Shown one piece after another: positions 24,951-38,500 of a stretch of 64,000 nt of DNA. Each line of letters opens with the position of its first letter. Position 1 is the stretch's first letter. The position numbers and the translations under genes were made by a program. The notes below the pieces were generated by a model. It searched no databases and had not been told where the DNA came from. It was given only the letters and a program-made list of their open reading frames with translations. Source of the stretch: Balanoglossus misakiensis. Its lineage: Eukaryota; Animalia; Hemichordata. Location: assembly GCA_040954595.2 (NCBI GenBank), contig CM082594.2, forward strand, positions 9,738,296 to 9,802,295, written 5' to 3'.

Positions 24951-27900
24951 GGGCGCTCTAACACCTTGTGTTGACTCAATCCTGCAACTGCACATCGAAT
25001 GATAGCAGTTTGGAAACCCTCATTGATGGAGGTGATAGATGAGAGCTACATGAAGTCAAGTGGTAATGTGAGTGTTGAGAGAAAATATCCAGTCTGTTAC
25101 GTTTTGAAAATTCAGCATGTTAATGTTGTAATCAAAACATTGTGTGAGGAGTAACTCCTATGAAACACTGATTTCACCATAGTTACTCAGATTCGGATTG
25201 CAAAAAAGTGTCTTGGTAAGACTTGTTCACCAACTTTCTCATTGTAATCAAAACAGGAAAACGCTTATTGAATTAGCCGTTTGAAGATTCAGGCTAAAGA
25301 TCAATTTAATTCATTGCTGACCTCAGCAGATCAAAGATACCATTTTTCACAAGGTCATGTTTATCATATAATAAAAGACATGATTTCATTTTTTTCCCAA
25401 TTAATGTCATTTTGAGTGGATTCTATTTTTACAATAAGTGTCCAATTAACTTTAACTTATCTTTATTCAAAGATGTCTTTTGCTGTACTTTTCTATTCCA
25501 TTGTATATTGTATTCTCTATAATCAAGGTTGTGATATCCGATTTGACATTTACAGAGGTTTGATATCGTGGTGATGTACGGTAAGGTTGGTTTGATATGC
25601 TCTCTGACTTGTTGGAACCTTAAACATCTACTCTAGCAGTAGCTATTAAACATTTTCTTGTATAGATTTGTATGTCAAAGAACTGAGATATGGCTATAAC
25701 GCACAAATTAAAAGGAACACAGTCATTATGCAGCAAGATGATCTGCATAGTGGTTTACCAGTTACCTCACTCTATTCAGGCTTTACCAACAAATCTATAT
25801 TGTTCCATCAGACTCTTGACCAATCGTAACATATCCCAGTAGTCCAACTCAACGGACATCCATAAAGAGTGGACAATACTAATATCGAGAAATGTAATGC
25901 ATGCCTTATTGAAACAAAAAAAGACTTACAGTTTTGAGAAGTTGGAATGGTGATGTCTTTGTTGGCATAGACACAAGTTAAACCCTGGATGATGGTTATG
26001 GTTTGTTCTTAATTTTGAGAACACCATTCTGATTCATTGAAATCTCCTGAATCAAATATTTGAAGCTCTTTGTGAACGACTTAACCATAACTTTATTCCA
26101 AGTTTATTATATAAAAATTAAAAAAAACATTGGTAATTTTGAATTTTTGAATATTCTTAATGAAACATCTTTTAATTGAACTTTTTAATACATTGTTTGA
26201 AATTGATATAATTTTACAAGTCCCAAATGAATTTTACACTTTCAATTTAATTGTATTTACGTAGAATTGAAAACTGTTGATCAGATTCTTAAATGAAAGT
26301 AAGTTGTGCCTTTGTCCATATGCTGTTCAAGTTTCTTCCCATTTTATACTGTTAAGTGGATTTTCTGTAGTGATTTCAAATCTTTTTACAATTTGATACT
26401 TTGTACCAAAGAAAAGAAGAGTTTACAGATTAAGCTGAAACAGAACTGAAAGTTGAAATGTCATCTACTATGGAGACAAAAAGTTGTTTATTTACAGTAA
26501 TACAGGTCTATTTAGTATGCAAACCTCATCTGTGATGTAGTACCTGTTTATCAGAATCAGTGAATATTACAAGCCAGGCAAATCACCAAAAATGGCTTGT
26601 AGAAACGATTTCTTGAGAAATTGAATCTTATTGTATTTTATACCAGTATGATGGACTTAAATGCAAGGCCACAAATATATTTGAGGACCAATTTATGCAT
26701 TGCTAAAACATTATACAGCTTTAGTTTTGTTACATTTGTATGGATCAAATCATGTACGTTACAATGAACTGTCAGAAATTGTATTTTAGTGTTGAGTTCT
26801 TGCAACAGATATACGTGCAGTGTTATCTGTTCACCAAGTTTTCAGTAGACCTGCTACTGTTTTTTGTCAACTTGGTATTGATTTCAGATTTCATTCTGAC
26901 TTTCTGGAGGGCACATTTGTCCTCCATCTACACCAAAATTAAGATCCTTGAAGGATGCGGTGCAGGAGAGTAAACTTTTAATGTACGTAACTTGTATTGA
27001 TAAATTAACTTTGTACTTTACTGTACTCTGGATTGGTTGCATTCACAGTCCCTGGACTGGACCATGGGTGTTTTGAAACAAAACCTGTAACCAGGCTATC
27101 CGATTACTTTCTCTGTGAAAGATATCAATGATATAATGTCTGAGGTATTCAGTTTGTCTTTTATGTTCTGTGGAGTTACAAATTGCTATTGTACTGTACT
27201 GTACTGTTTGTTAAAAAAATAGCCGAGATTGGTCCACATTACATTTTCGGATAATTGTCAATATTTTTTTGTTTATATTTCATCGGTCAAGAGGTGTTGC
27301 TGGTTTTGTCCCTGTTTGTGAGTGGGTGTTAGTTTTTTGGTTCTGCTTCAGCTGTGTTTAAATTTGTATCTCTGTCTGCCTGTGTTTATACATGTATTTA
27401 TATAAATACCTTTCTGTTTTTCTTTCTGTCTGTGCATCTGTGGATAACATTAGTAGCCAGATTGACTGTGATGACAGTAGTGTTATATGCATAGACATTT
27501 CAGAAGACAATCCATTCGGATATATTTCTGCAGTTTTTGTACATCATCTGGTAATTGACATGAATGTATCAAAATACTGATATACTGAAAAGAGATGTCT
27601 GTGGTTGGTTCTTGTGGAAAGGTTTCTCTTGTATTTTCCTCTTTGGTAATTTACTTGTATTTAATTATCTAAAAATTATAATTTGTACTTTGTATTGGTG
27701 ATCCAAGTGCTCCTATAGGACAAAGATTTTAGCCCAAATAATTAGCGTCATCCCACTACCTAAATTTACATTTAAATTAATGGAAGTCTTGTAAACGAAT
27801 TGCTGACATTACAAATGTTTATAACATATCATAACTGGAAATTGCTTGAAGTTGTCAACTAAATGTTGTTTCTCTTGGTAAGATTTGTATTGCTTGACAG

Positions 27901-30133
27901 AACCAACTGGAAAGGTCAAAGGTCAGGCTGACATGGCATGTGTCTCAGAGATTGTTGCCATTTCTGATTTGATTGGATTTGTTGTTTTGATGCGGGTGAG
28001 GGATGAACAAGCAAGATTTGGTAGGAAAGATAAAATAGATGTGGTCTTCAGGCAATATTGTGCAGATGTCTATGTCATATGTTTTTAATATTATATGTTC
28101 TGTCTGTCTGTCTGTCTCGGTCTTTCTGTTTCTGCCCGTCAGGCAAGTCTCAACATATTTGTGGTCCAAGATCTATTGTTCAGAAAAGGCTGATCCACTG
28201 TTCTGGCAGCCACTGTTTCTAGCTGGCAAATCCTTGCTTACAGCCATTCGACTACCAGCTGTTTTCTACCAGTACATCTCAAAGCTATTCTGGCTAATTT
28301 ATCAGAGAGTTGAATTATGAAAGACGATGTGAAGAATTGATTGCAGCTGATTTTACATTTCTTTATGCACATGACTGGATATTTTATGCCATTGTATCAG
28401 ATGGCAGTTGTGCCTGGAATGGGACGTGAATACATTTCTCTTTCAGACTTCACCCATTCTAGCTGTAAGTGAATATTATCTCTTTGTATTGAATACATCA
28501 GGTGAACATTTGGAATACATTTCACATCACATTGAAAGTTTTTGATGTGGAGATGTCCTTTTAATGAAAAGAAACAGTGTACAAAGCAAGATTTTGCTAC
28601 TGGTGTTACGCTCGGTAAGAGAAATATTGTTAGATGAACGGAAAGCCCGCTCAGCGATATGTATATCTACCAATGATTGCAAATTAAGGGTTGTGAGAAT
28701 AAAACTGTGCCTATTGTCTCTTTCCATTCAATCACTTGAGTTTTAATTGTGAAATGTTGCAAAACTTGACATTTCATGTGGGTGTTTTTCTGAGATTTTT
28801 TTGCAGATGTTATCTTTGTCATTATTTATATTTTTACAAGTTTATTATATCAGGACTGGAATTTCAATTGTGAGGAACTAAAAGTTGATTTCATTTGGAG
28901 TATATTTCTATTGAATGATTCAATCTTGATTGGGGTTAATGACCACTGAAAACACTGATTATGATCAGATGGATGTAATTTTCAAGCATAGCATCCTGTT
29001 CGTTTTGAACATCTTTCATTTTAAAGCCTTTGAAACTATGTGTGTCATTTATTACTCGTACTATACACTCTTGCAAAATTGTCATATTTCTAGAAGTTGT
29101 GAGGGTTTTACATAAACTGAGACAGTCACAGAGTGAGGGTACAAGTCTTTATCTTGGAAATCCCAGAATGCAACACTCCAATGGAGGACATTTTCTGGTG
29201 ACTGAAATATACTATGGAGTGGGGATACATTTATGAGAATGTTGGGTTGTAGATAATTTGCATTTGGTTGAGGAAAGGACTTTTACATTGACGATTGTCA
29301 CTTGCGTGACATTTTTTTAAATATAACTCTTATTAATCAAATTTTTCTAGAGCTGCAGCTGAATGCATGGCTTTCGGTGTATGTTACTTGAAGTCATTCT
29401 TCTGCTTTTGACTTGAGAGTTCTGGTATGAAAAGATTTTAAAAATGTATATTTTGTTAAATGTTTTCAAATTTCTCAGTGTTTCAAATTGTTGAATAAAC
29501 TTGTAATGTTGTAATTATGCAGTGTTTTGAGTTTCATTCATGTTCAGTCGAATGTTATGTTCCGGTATGTCTAAAAGTGTAATGTCGCTGTGTGAAACTG
29601 TAAAGCCCCGATAGCTGCCAATTTTTGAACTACTTTCATGATTTTACTCACTAATAAACTAAAATGTTAGGTAGGTGTCCATACCAGTACTACAGTTTTG
29701 CTAAATTGTTGCTAGCAACAGGTAGAATACTGGTAAAAGTTGTACCTGTATTCTTGTTTGATAGTGATACGTCCCTGTTGGGTGTTTGGTTGGAGTGTAT
29801 TGTTTGTTTGGCTCGTATCCATAGCGACAGCCGGTAAAGCATATGCCTTGCGCACATGAAAGAACAAAGGGTGTGGTTTGTAGTGCAATGGCCCCAGGGT
29901 CACCTCAGCCATAACATGTCCTTCCATGACACTGTTATGTTAATGAGTTGCTAAGAAGACTGTTTACAGTTCCTCAGTGTAGGATAGGACATATGACATT
30001 CAGCATTTCACAACAACACCAGTATAGAGACACCCATGACATTTGATTTTAGTTAAAGGTCCTGCGATTAGAAATTTCACCCAAATTGGCATTCTAGGAT
30101 ACATGCCTATATAACTTTCAAGTCTTATTGGCA

Positions 30134-33100
30134 ATGGGCTCTGGAGCAAGTCGTGGTGGTCGACAGGGGGCCAATGACAACACTCAACCACATGGACGTG
30201 GAGGTCAAGGTATGCGGGACATGTTACACAATGATCCTGGGAGACGTCCCAATTTCACAAATCTTAGCAGACGACTGATAGATAGACCACCAACACCCCC
30301 ACAAGCCGGTAAGTTTATGGATTTATGGATACAATTAGCATGATACATTGGGCTGGTACTCTGACCACAATATTGATGATACCCTCACCTGCAGCTCGGG
30401 CATCATCAATATTATGGTCAGAAATCACCATCCCACGTGCAGGCTAAATATCATGATATTGCCCTTGCTTATTATTTAAATATTGTCCCCTTGCTGTCAG
30501 CTTGGGTTGATTTTTCGCTCTCTCTCCTTTTTTTTCCTTGCAGAGGGTCAACTCAAGGTCATACAGGTTGATCAAAAGTTGATCAAAAACAGATTAGCAC
30601 ATAACACCAATGACTACGAAGTCCAAAACTTGATCACCCGACGAGGCCAAAGTTTTGATCTTACAGTGACATTTGATCGGCCATACAGCAAAGAAGTTGA
30701 CAAAATTCTCATAGAACTGACTGTTGGTAAGTGGAACTCCTAAATCGATAACGGGCTCAGTGTGTCAGACATTATTATTACATGTATACATATTTCCATG
30801 TAATCTCCAAATGGGACCACAGTGTCCTTGACGCTATTCTATAGTATTACCATACTTTTTCATACATTCTAGGGGAGGCACCACATACAATCAGCAAGGG
30901 TACTCTCATCAAAGTGCCCAATGTTGATGGCACATTATCATCGGAAAACTGGGGATACCAGATCAGCGAAACAGATGGCAACACTGTCAACTTGACCATT
31001 TATCTCCCAGTCAGTTTGTATATTGGAAAGTACAACTTGATTTTGAAGACTGAGTCTTCATTCAAAGAGGAAACTGTCAAATTCCGATACAACTTCAAGG
31101 AGCCAATATATGTACTCTTCAATCCATGGTGTAAAGGTAAGTGACCAGTGAAATTTGAATTGTGAATTCTTGGTCTTGGTGTTTTTTCTGTTCAGTCTGT
31201 GCAGAGGTGGTCTGGCGGCCATTGCTACACTGTCGTACATGTACAGTACTATCACGTAGTCTCCTAACTTAACTTCATCCATTTAATATTGATAGATGAT
31301 GAAGTTTACATGGAAGGTGATCTTGAGAAATACGAGTATGTCTTAAATGACACTGGATTTATCTGGTATGGAACATATAAGCAACTTGGTCGCAGGCGAT
31401 GGAATTTTGGACAGGTAATTCATATACTAGAAAAAAAATTAAAAATTAATTCCAGTAATAAAAGTAAATTTTATTGATGTACAAACATAGGAACAATTGT
31501 GAGTGGGGCAATTATTTTACCACAGGTTACCACAGGTTAGTACTAGAAGATGGAAAGTTTTACCATTTTTTCTGACATAGTTTTTTTATTCACCATAATG
31601 ATCTTGTTCTCCATTTCAGTTTGATGATGATGTTTTCCATGCTGTCATGTACTTGTTAGAGACCAGTATGGTGATGTGGGCTAGAAGTAATCCAGTCTTT
31701 GTTGCCAGGACGATGTCTTCCATGGTGAGTCTTAAAGCCCCATCAATTTAACTTCACGGTAACTGATAAAAGTATGTGGTCCCTATGAATGCATCATTTC
31801 TTATCCAAATGGGAGCACAGTGCCTCTGGGGCTATTTTTCCTATATCTGTTCAACCAGCCGGGACTACACAATTGACAATGTTGTGAATTATTTGTACAT
31901 TTTTCATGTTTCTCTGTGCAGACTAATGCTCCGGATGACGGTGGTATCCTAGTTGGTAACTGGTCTGGTAACTATGCTGCTGGTACGAGACCCACTGCAT
32001 GGGGTGGTAGTGTGGCTATACTCCAAGAATATTATAAAACAAGGAAACCGGTCAAGTTTGGGCAGTGTTGGGTATTTTCTGGAGTCCTCACAACAAGTAT
32101 GGAAACATTTTGTTGATAAAGTTGATTTCAATTATTTAAGTTCATATCAATACTGCAATATTTGTTGAAATTTGATTGTCTGGTTTAATTGAGGAGGTCG
32201 GTGCAAAACAAAATTTTTATTCTCCCATAGTTGAATTATAACAGCAGTTGAAATACTTTAATAATTAAGGTACTGCATATGAAGTCATCCATAATGTCTA
32301 TATGTGAACATATCTCTTTTCAGTTTTACGTTGTCTTGGAATACCTACTCGGAGTGTGACCAACTATGCGTCTGCCCACGACACCGATGGCAGTTTGACA
32401 ACAGATAATCACAGAGATGAAACAGGCAGAAAAATAGAACCTCTCAATTCAGACTCAGTCTGGTATGTAAACATTGGTCAAGAATTTTGCAAAAGCTAAG
32501 CTCAGTGTTCAGTGTACATACATCGATCTTTGCAAGCGTACACTTCTCTTTGGCAGCTTCCTTTGAGCACCTGAATTCATTGCCATCATTGTCTGGTTTT
32601 GTTTATTGACAGGAATTTTCATGTGTGGAATGACTGTTGGATGGCCAGACCTGATTTACCAACAGGCTATGGTGGATGGCAAGCTGTTGATGCAACACCA
32701 CAAGAAAGAAGTGAAGGTAAAAACTTTTAAGTTCGCATACTATCTATCTGTTCTCAATCGTGACATTGTTAAAGTGAAGGGTGATCGTGCCACGTTTGTT
32801 TGTTTATAAACATTCTTATTATATCTTTTATGACTGTTTCATTTCACCTAATCTTTCCTTGATTTCAGGAATTTTTTGGACAGGACCTGCTCCACTATCG
32901 GCAATCAAACAAGGACATGTATACATCGGTTATGACTCAGGTTTTGTATTTGCGGAGGTGAACTCAGACAGAATCGAATGGTTGTGTAAAATCGTAGATG
33001 GGTACTTGGACGACATGATTCCGGTGACCATCAGACCAGCAGCCATTGGGAAAAACATCAGCACAAAATCTATCCTGGGCAACGACAGAGAAGACATAAC

Positions 33101-34688
33101 CCACCAGTATAAATTCAAAGAAGGTAATGATCGATGCATCAAATCAATTCTTTTTTCCCCTACAACAGGTAATGACTGAAAGCCAGAAAAAGACAACATT
33201 AAAAATTCAATGATTTGGTAAGGGCCTAGAAAACAACTTTTTGTTAAAATAATGTTCACATTATTTCTACACCAGTTGAAACAAATTTGATGTACCAGTG
33301 ATAAAAGCCCATCAGGCTGTAGTCGTGTGGAATTATAATCTATATAATATACTCTTGATTGATGCAGGATCAGACCAAGAGAGAATGGCAGTCAAATGTG
33401 CAATTGAACATGGTACACGACCTAATACATACAAAGTGGAAGAAGAATTGGATGATGTTGAATTTGAAATTGAAACGGAAGATCAAGTGACCATTGGTGA
33501 TGATTTTGATGTTAAGATCCTGATCACTAACAAGAGTGATGAGGACCGAACATTGGATATTTACACAGCTGCTCACGTCTGCTATTACACGGGTGTTGCT
33601 GTGCCTCATGGTATTTGTAAGGAAGAAAACTTTGATTTGTCACTGGACAGAAATGAAAGTAAGTTCATTGTAATTACTGTCTAATAACAACAGAACCATT
33701 GTCAAGATTTCTTTGTATATAATTTTAAAATTATATGGGGCATATCCCTTTTACTGTACGTGATACTTGGGGGGAAATGCTTTCATGTTGTCTTTGTTCT
33801 TTGCAGTCCAGGAAGTCAAGATGAGAGTACGTTGCCCTGATTATTTAAGAAAATTGGTCGACCAGTCAGCAATGAAAATTTATGCCATGGCCAAAGTCAA
33901 AGAAACAGGTCAGATGTGGTCAGATCAAGATGATTTCAGACTAAGGACACCCGATTTGCTGTTAAAGGTAAGTACTGAATCCCATCTAATTTAATAGTGG
34001 CGTTTGGCTACAGTTATGATTTCAGTTGCTTCAAACTTCCCCTGGATACCATGATCCAGATTTTCTGAAATGTCAGTGAATTTTGTTTTGTAGACTTCAG
34101 GTGATCTTAAGGTTGGAAAAAGGTTTAATCTGAGAGTGAAATTGAAGAATCCTGTGCCACAAGTGTTGACTTCATGTTCACTAAGAGTAGAAGGACCTGG
34201 ACTGCAAAAGCCAAAGCTATTCAAACAAAGGTAAGCTAGAAATTCTGTCAAAATAACCTTCAAAAACAGTTTACATATGATTGTCATGTCTGTACTAACT
34301 AGCTCATGAATATGTATGATGTGTTCCCTTGGTGACGCAATGCATGCTGGATGGTGTCTATTAGAGATGGCTGACTAGTGTGAAAGTACTACAACTTGCA
34401 TGTGTGGTTTAATCCGATATCACCCCGACATCCTTGCCAGAGGATGTTACAACATATACATTGTTCCATATACAACGCATAGCTTTATGAGGAAATGCTC
34501 GAACAATAAATGGAGTCTAAGTTCTTTATGTTTCACTTTATAACAGGAACATCATAGCTTCTGGAGATCTGTCTGTGGAAATGGAACTGACACCACAAAA
34601 ATCCGGCAGAAGGGTTATCATGGCAACATTTGACTCTGACCAAATGTCATCTGTGACGGGATCAATGGATATTGAGATTGCTGATTAA
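30134..34688 (+). CDS. TGM1: Protein-glutamine gamma-glutamyltransferase (transglutaminase, TGM1/FXIIIA-like), ~749 aa
   Basis: 13 in-phase exons: 30134-30308, 30544-30726, 30873-31136, 31296-31414, 31620-31724, 31922-32096, 32324-32462, 32613-32716, 32869-33123, 33368-33658, 33807-33967, 34094-34230, 34547-34688. Family motifs are RRGQSF, LFNPWC, WNFGQF, catalytic GQCWVFSG (Cys 32066-32068), SAHDTD, WNFHVWND (His), [11 protein letters not shown] (Asp) and FVFAEVNSD. The symbol denotes family similarity only. Confidence 0.95.
30361..30421. repeat. Inverted repeat (24-bp arms, 2 mismatches) in transglutaminase intron 1
   Basis: CTGACCACAATATTGATGATACCC...GGGCATCATCAATATTATGGTCAG. Confidence 0.75.
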
Positions 34689-35536
34689 ATAATGCAAAAA
34701 TACGATTGCAAATTAAACATTGAAAAAGTAAACATCATTTTGCACAGTTGGAGAACTCATTGCATGTATTTTAGTCAGCAACTCAGGGACAAATTAAAGA
34801 AAGAGCAAACTTCTGACAATTGTAACACTGCAGCTTCGTGAAACAGTCTGTTGTTTTTTTTGTTTTGTTTTTGATTTTTTTTTTTTTGGGGGGGGGGGGG
34901 GTGACTCGCAGTCCCTCGGGTTACAGACGTATACTGTTGCCCTTATGGCCAGTCAACATGTGTATACTGAACACCATCTTGTTAAAAAGTCAATATTATT
35001 TTGAAGCAGTAGGATTTGGTATGATATCTTCTTCCCTATTTATTCTCACTTGTATAGTACTTTGTATTTTACCAGCCATTTGATATGCAATGTTAATTCT
35101 GATGTGAAATTTTCGCCAAGTTTCATTGCCTTTTATAGATCATATAGACTGTCATAGTCTGGTTTGAACTCACTGTGATGTTTTGGGTAATACACAGTTC
35201 CAATTAAATGATTGAAGGACATCAGCCAATTTTCCCAATTACCAAGATATGTATCAGCTAGAGTCTTAGCACCTGAGGTAAATTCTGCAACAAACATTCA
35301 AACAATAAATGTTAACACATTACACCATGAACATTTGCTTATAGTGTGGTCAATATGTACTAAATCTGGGTTATGAATAGACTTGCTCCAAGTCTAAGGG
35401 CTTCATTATTACAAAATAAATACATTTGACAAAATCACCAAAATTGGCAATGTCGAGAATTCGTCATTTTGGACAATTTTAATTAGCTAAAATCCATGAA
35501 AAATACACTAAAATGATAAAATCTCCCAATTCAAGT

Positions 35537-38500
35537 TTGACGATTTCCATGGTTTTTATCAAAAATCGGCCAAATTTTGAAATATCCCCAAGTCGAAAAA
35601 TTGTCGATTTTTGACGATTTTCCTGAGCTATAACCCATGGTTTTTTCAAAAATCGGCCAAATTTTGAAATTTCCCAAAGTCGAAAAATTGTCGATTTTTG
35701 ACGATTTTCCTGAGCTATAACCCATGGTTTTTTTCAAAAATCGGCCAAATTTTGATTTTCCGCATAGTCGAAAAATTGTCATTTTTTGACGATTTCCTGA
35801 GCTATAACCCATGGTTTTTGTCAAAAATCGGCCAAATTTTGATTTTCCGCATAGTCGAAAAATTGTCATTTTTTGACGATTTCCTGAGCTATAACCCATG
35901 GTTTTTGTCAAAAATCGGCCAAATTTTGATTTTCCGCAAAGTCGAAAAATTGCCATTTTTTGACGATTTCCTGAGCTATAACCCATGGTTTTTGTCAAAA
36001 ATCGGCCAAATTTTGATTTTCCGCAAAGTCGAAAAATTGCCATTTTTTGACGATTTCCTGAGCTATAACCCATGGTTTTTGTCAAAAATCGGCCAAATGT
36101 TGATTTTCCGCAAAGTCGAAAAATTGCCATTTTTTGACGATTTCCTGAGCTATAACCCATGGTTTTTGTCAAAATTCGGCCAAATGTTGATTTTCCGCAA
36201 AGTCGAAAAATTGCCATTTTTTGACGATTTCCTGAGCTATAACCCATGGTTTTTGTCAAAAATCGGCCAAATTTTGATTTTCCGCAAAGTCGAAAAATTG
36301 CCATTTTTTGACGATTTCCTGAGCTATAACCCATGGTTTTTGTCAAAAATCGGCCAAATTTTGATTTTCCGCAAAGTCGAAAAATTGCCATTTTTTGACG
36401 ATTTCCTGAGCTATAACCCATGGTTTTTGTCAAAAATCGGCCAAATTTTGATTTTCCGCAAAGTCGAAAAATTGCCATTTTTTGACGATTTCCTGAGCTA
36501 TAACCCATGGTTTTTGTCAAAAATCGGCCAAATTTTGATTTTCCGCAAAGTCGAAAAATTGCCATTTTTTGACGATTTCCTGAGCTATAACCCATGGTTT
36601 TTGTCAAAAATCGGCCAAATTTTGATTTTCCGCAAAGTCGAAAAATTGCCATTTTTTGACGATTTCCTGAGCTATAACCCATGGTTTTTGTCAAAAATCG
36701 GCCAAATTTTGATTTTCCGCAAAGTCGAAAAATTGCCATTTTTTGACGATTTCCTGAGCTATAACCCATGGTTTTTGTCAAAAATCGGCCAAATTTTGAT
36801 TTTCCGCAAAGTCGAAAAATTGCCATTTTTTGACGATTTCCTGAGCTATAACCCATGGTTTTTGTCAAAAATCGGCCAAATTTTGATTTTCCGCAAAGTC
36901 GAAAAATTGCCATTTTTTGACGATTTCCTGAGCTATAACCCATGGTTTTTGTCAAAAATCGGCCAAATTTTGATTTTCCGCAAAGTCGAAAAATTGCCAT
37001 TTTTTGACGATTTCCTGAGCTATAACCCATGGTTTTTGTCAAAAATCGGCCAAATTTTGATTTTCCGCAAAGTCGAAAAATTGCCATTTTTTGACGATTT
37101 CCTGAGCTATAACCCATGGTTTTTGTCAAAAATCGGCCAAATTTTGATTTTCCGCAAAGTCGAAAAATTGCCATTTTTTGACGATTTCCTGAGCTATAAC
37201 CCATGGTTTTTGTCAAAAATCGGCCAAATTTTGATTTTCCGCAAAGTCGAAAAATTGCCATTTTTTGACGATTTCCTGAGCTATAACCCATGGTTTTTGT
37301 CAAAAATCGGCCAAATTTTGATTTTCCGCAAAGTCGAAAAATTGCCATTTTTTGACGATTACCTGAGCTATAACCCATGGTTTTTGTCAAAAATCGGCCA
37401 AATTTTGATTTTCCGCAAAGTCGAAAAATTGCCATTTTTTGACGATTTCCTGAGCTATAACCCATGGTTTTTGTCAAAAATCGGCCAAATTTTGATTTCC
37501 CAGCGCAAAGTCGAAAAATTGCCCGGCCAATTTTGATTTTCCGCAAAGTCGAAAAATTGCCATTTTTTGACGATTTCCTGAGCTATAACCCATGGTTTTT
37601 GTCAAAAATCGGCCAAATTTTGATTTTCCGCAAAGTCGAAAAATTGCCATTTTTTGACGATTTCCTGAGCTATAACCCATGGTTTTTGTCAAAAATCGGC
37701 CAAATTTTGATTTTCCGCAAAGTCGAAAAATTGCCATTTTTTGACGATTTCCTGAGCTATAACCCATGGTTTTTGTCAAAAATCGGCCAAATTTTGATTT
37801 TCCGCAAAGTCGAAAAATTGCCATTTTTTGACGATTACCTGAGCTATAACCCATGGTTTTTGTCAAAAATCGGCCAAATTTTGATTTTCCGCAAAGTCGA
37901 AAAATTGCCATTTTTTGACGATTTCCTGAGCTATAACCCATGGTTTTTGTCAAAAATCGGCCAAATTTTGATTTTCCGCAAAGTCGAAAAATTGCCATTT
38001 TTTGACGATTTCCTGAGCTATAACCCATGGTTTTTGTCAAAAATCGGCCAAATTTTGATTTTCCGCAAAGTCGAAAAATTGCCATTTTTTGACGATTTCC
38101 TGAGCTATAACCCATGGTTTTTGTCAAAAATCGGCCAAATTTTGATTTTCCGCAAAGTCGAAAAATTGCCATTTTTTGACGATTTCCTGAGCTATAACCC
38201 ATGGTTTTTGTCAAAAATCGGCCAAATTTTGATTTTCCGCAAAGTCGAAAAATTGCCATTTTTTGACGATTTCCTGAGCTATAACCCATGGTTTTTGTCA
38301 AAAATCGGCCAAATTTTGATTTTCCGCAAAGTCGAAAAATTGCCATTTTTTGACGATTTCCTGAGCTATAACCCATGGTTTTTGTCAAAAATCGGCCAAA
38401 TTTTGATTTTCCGCAAAGTCGAAAAATTGCCATTTTTTGACGATTTCCTGAGCTATAACCCATGGTTTTTGTCAAAAATCGGCCAAATTTTGATTTTCCG

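Noticed and set aside
34850-34901. Poly-T followed by poly-G run (also poly-G at ~61426)
   Set aside because: Simple homopolymers with no TSD or element body attached.
37495-37535. Scrambled partial satellite unit (TTTCCCAGCGCAAAG..GCCCGGCCAATTTTG)
   Set aside because: Several indels clustered at one junction look like a consensus or assembly artefact; it cannot be interpreted without reads.
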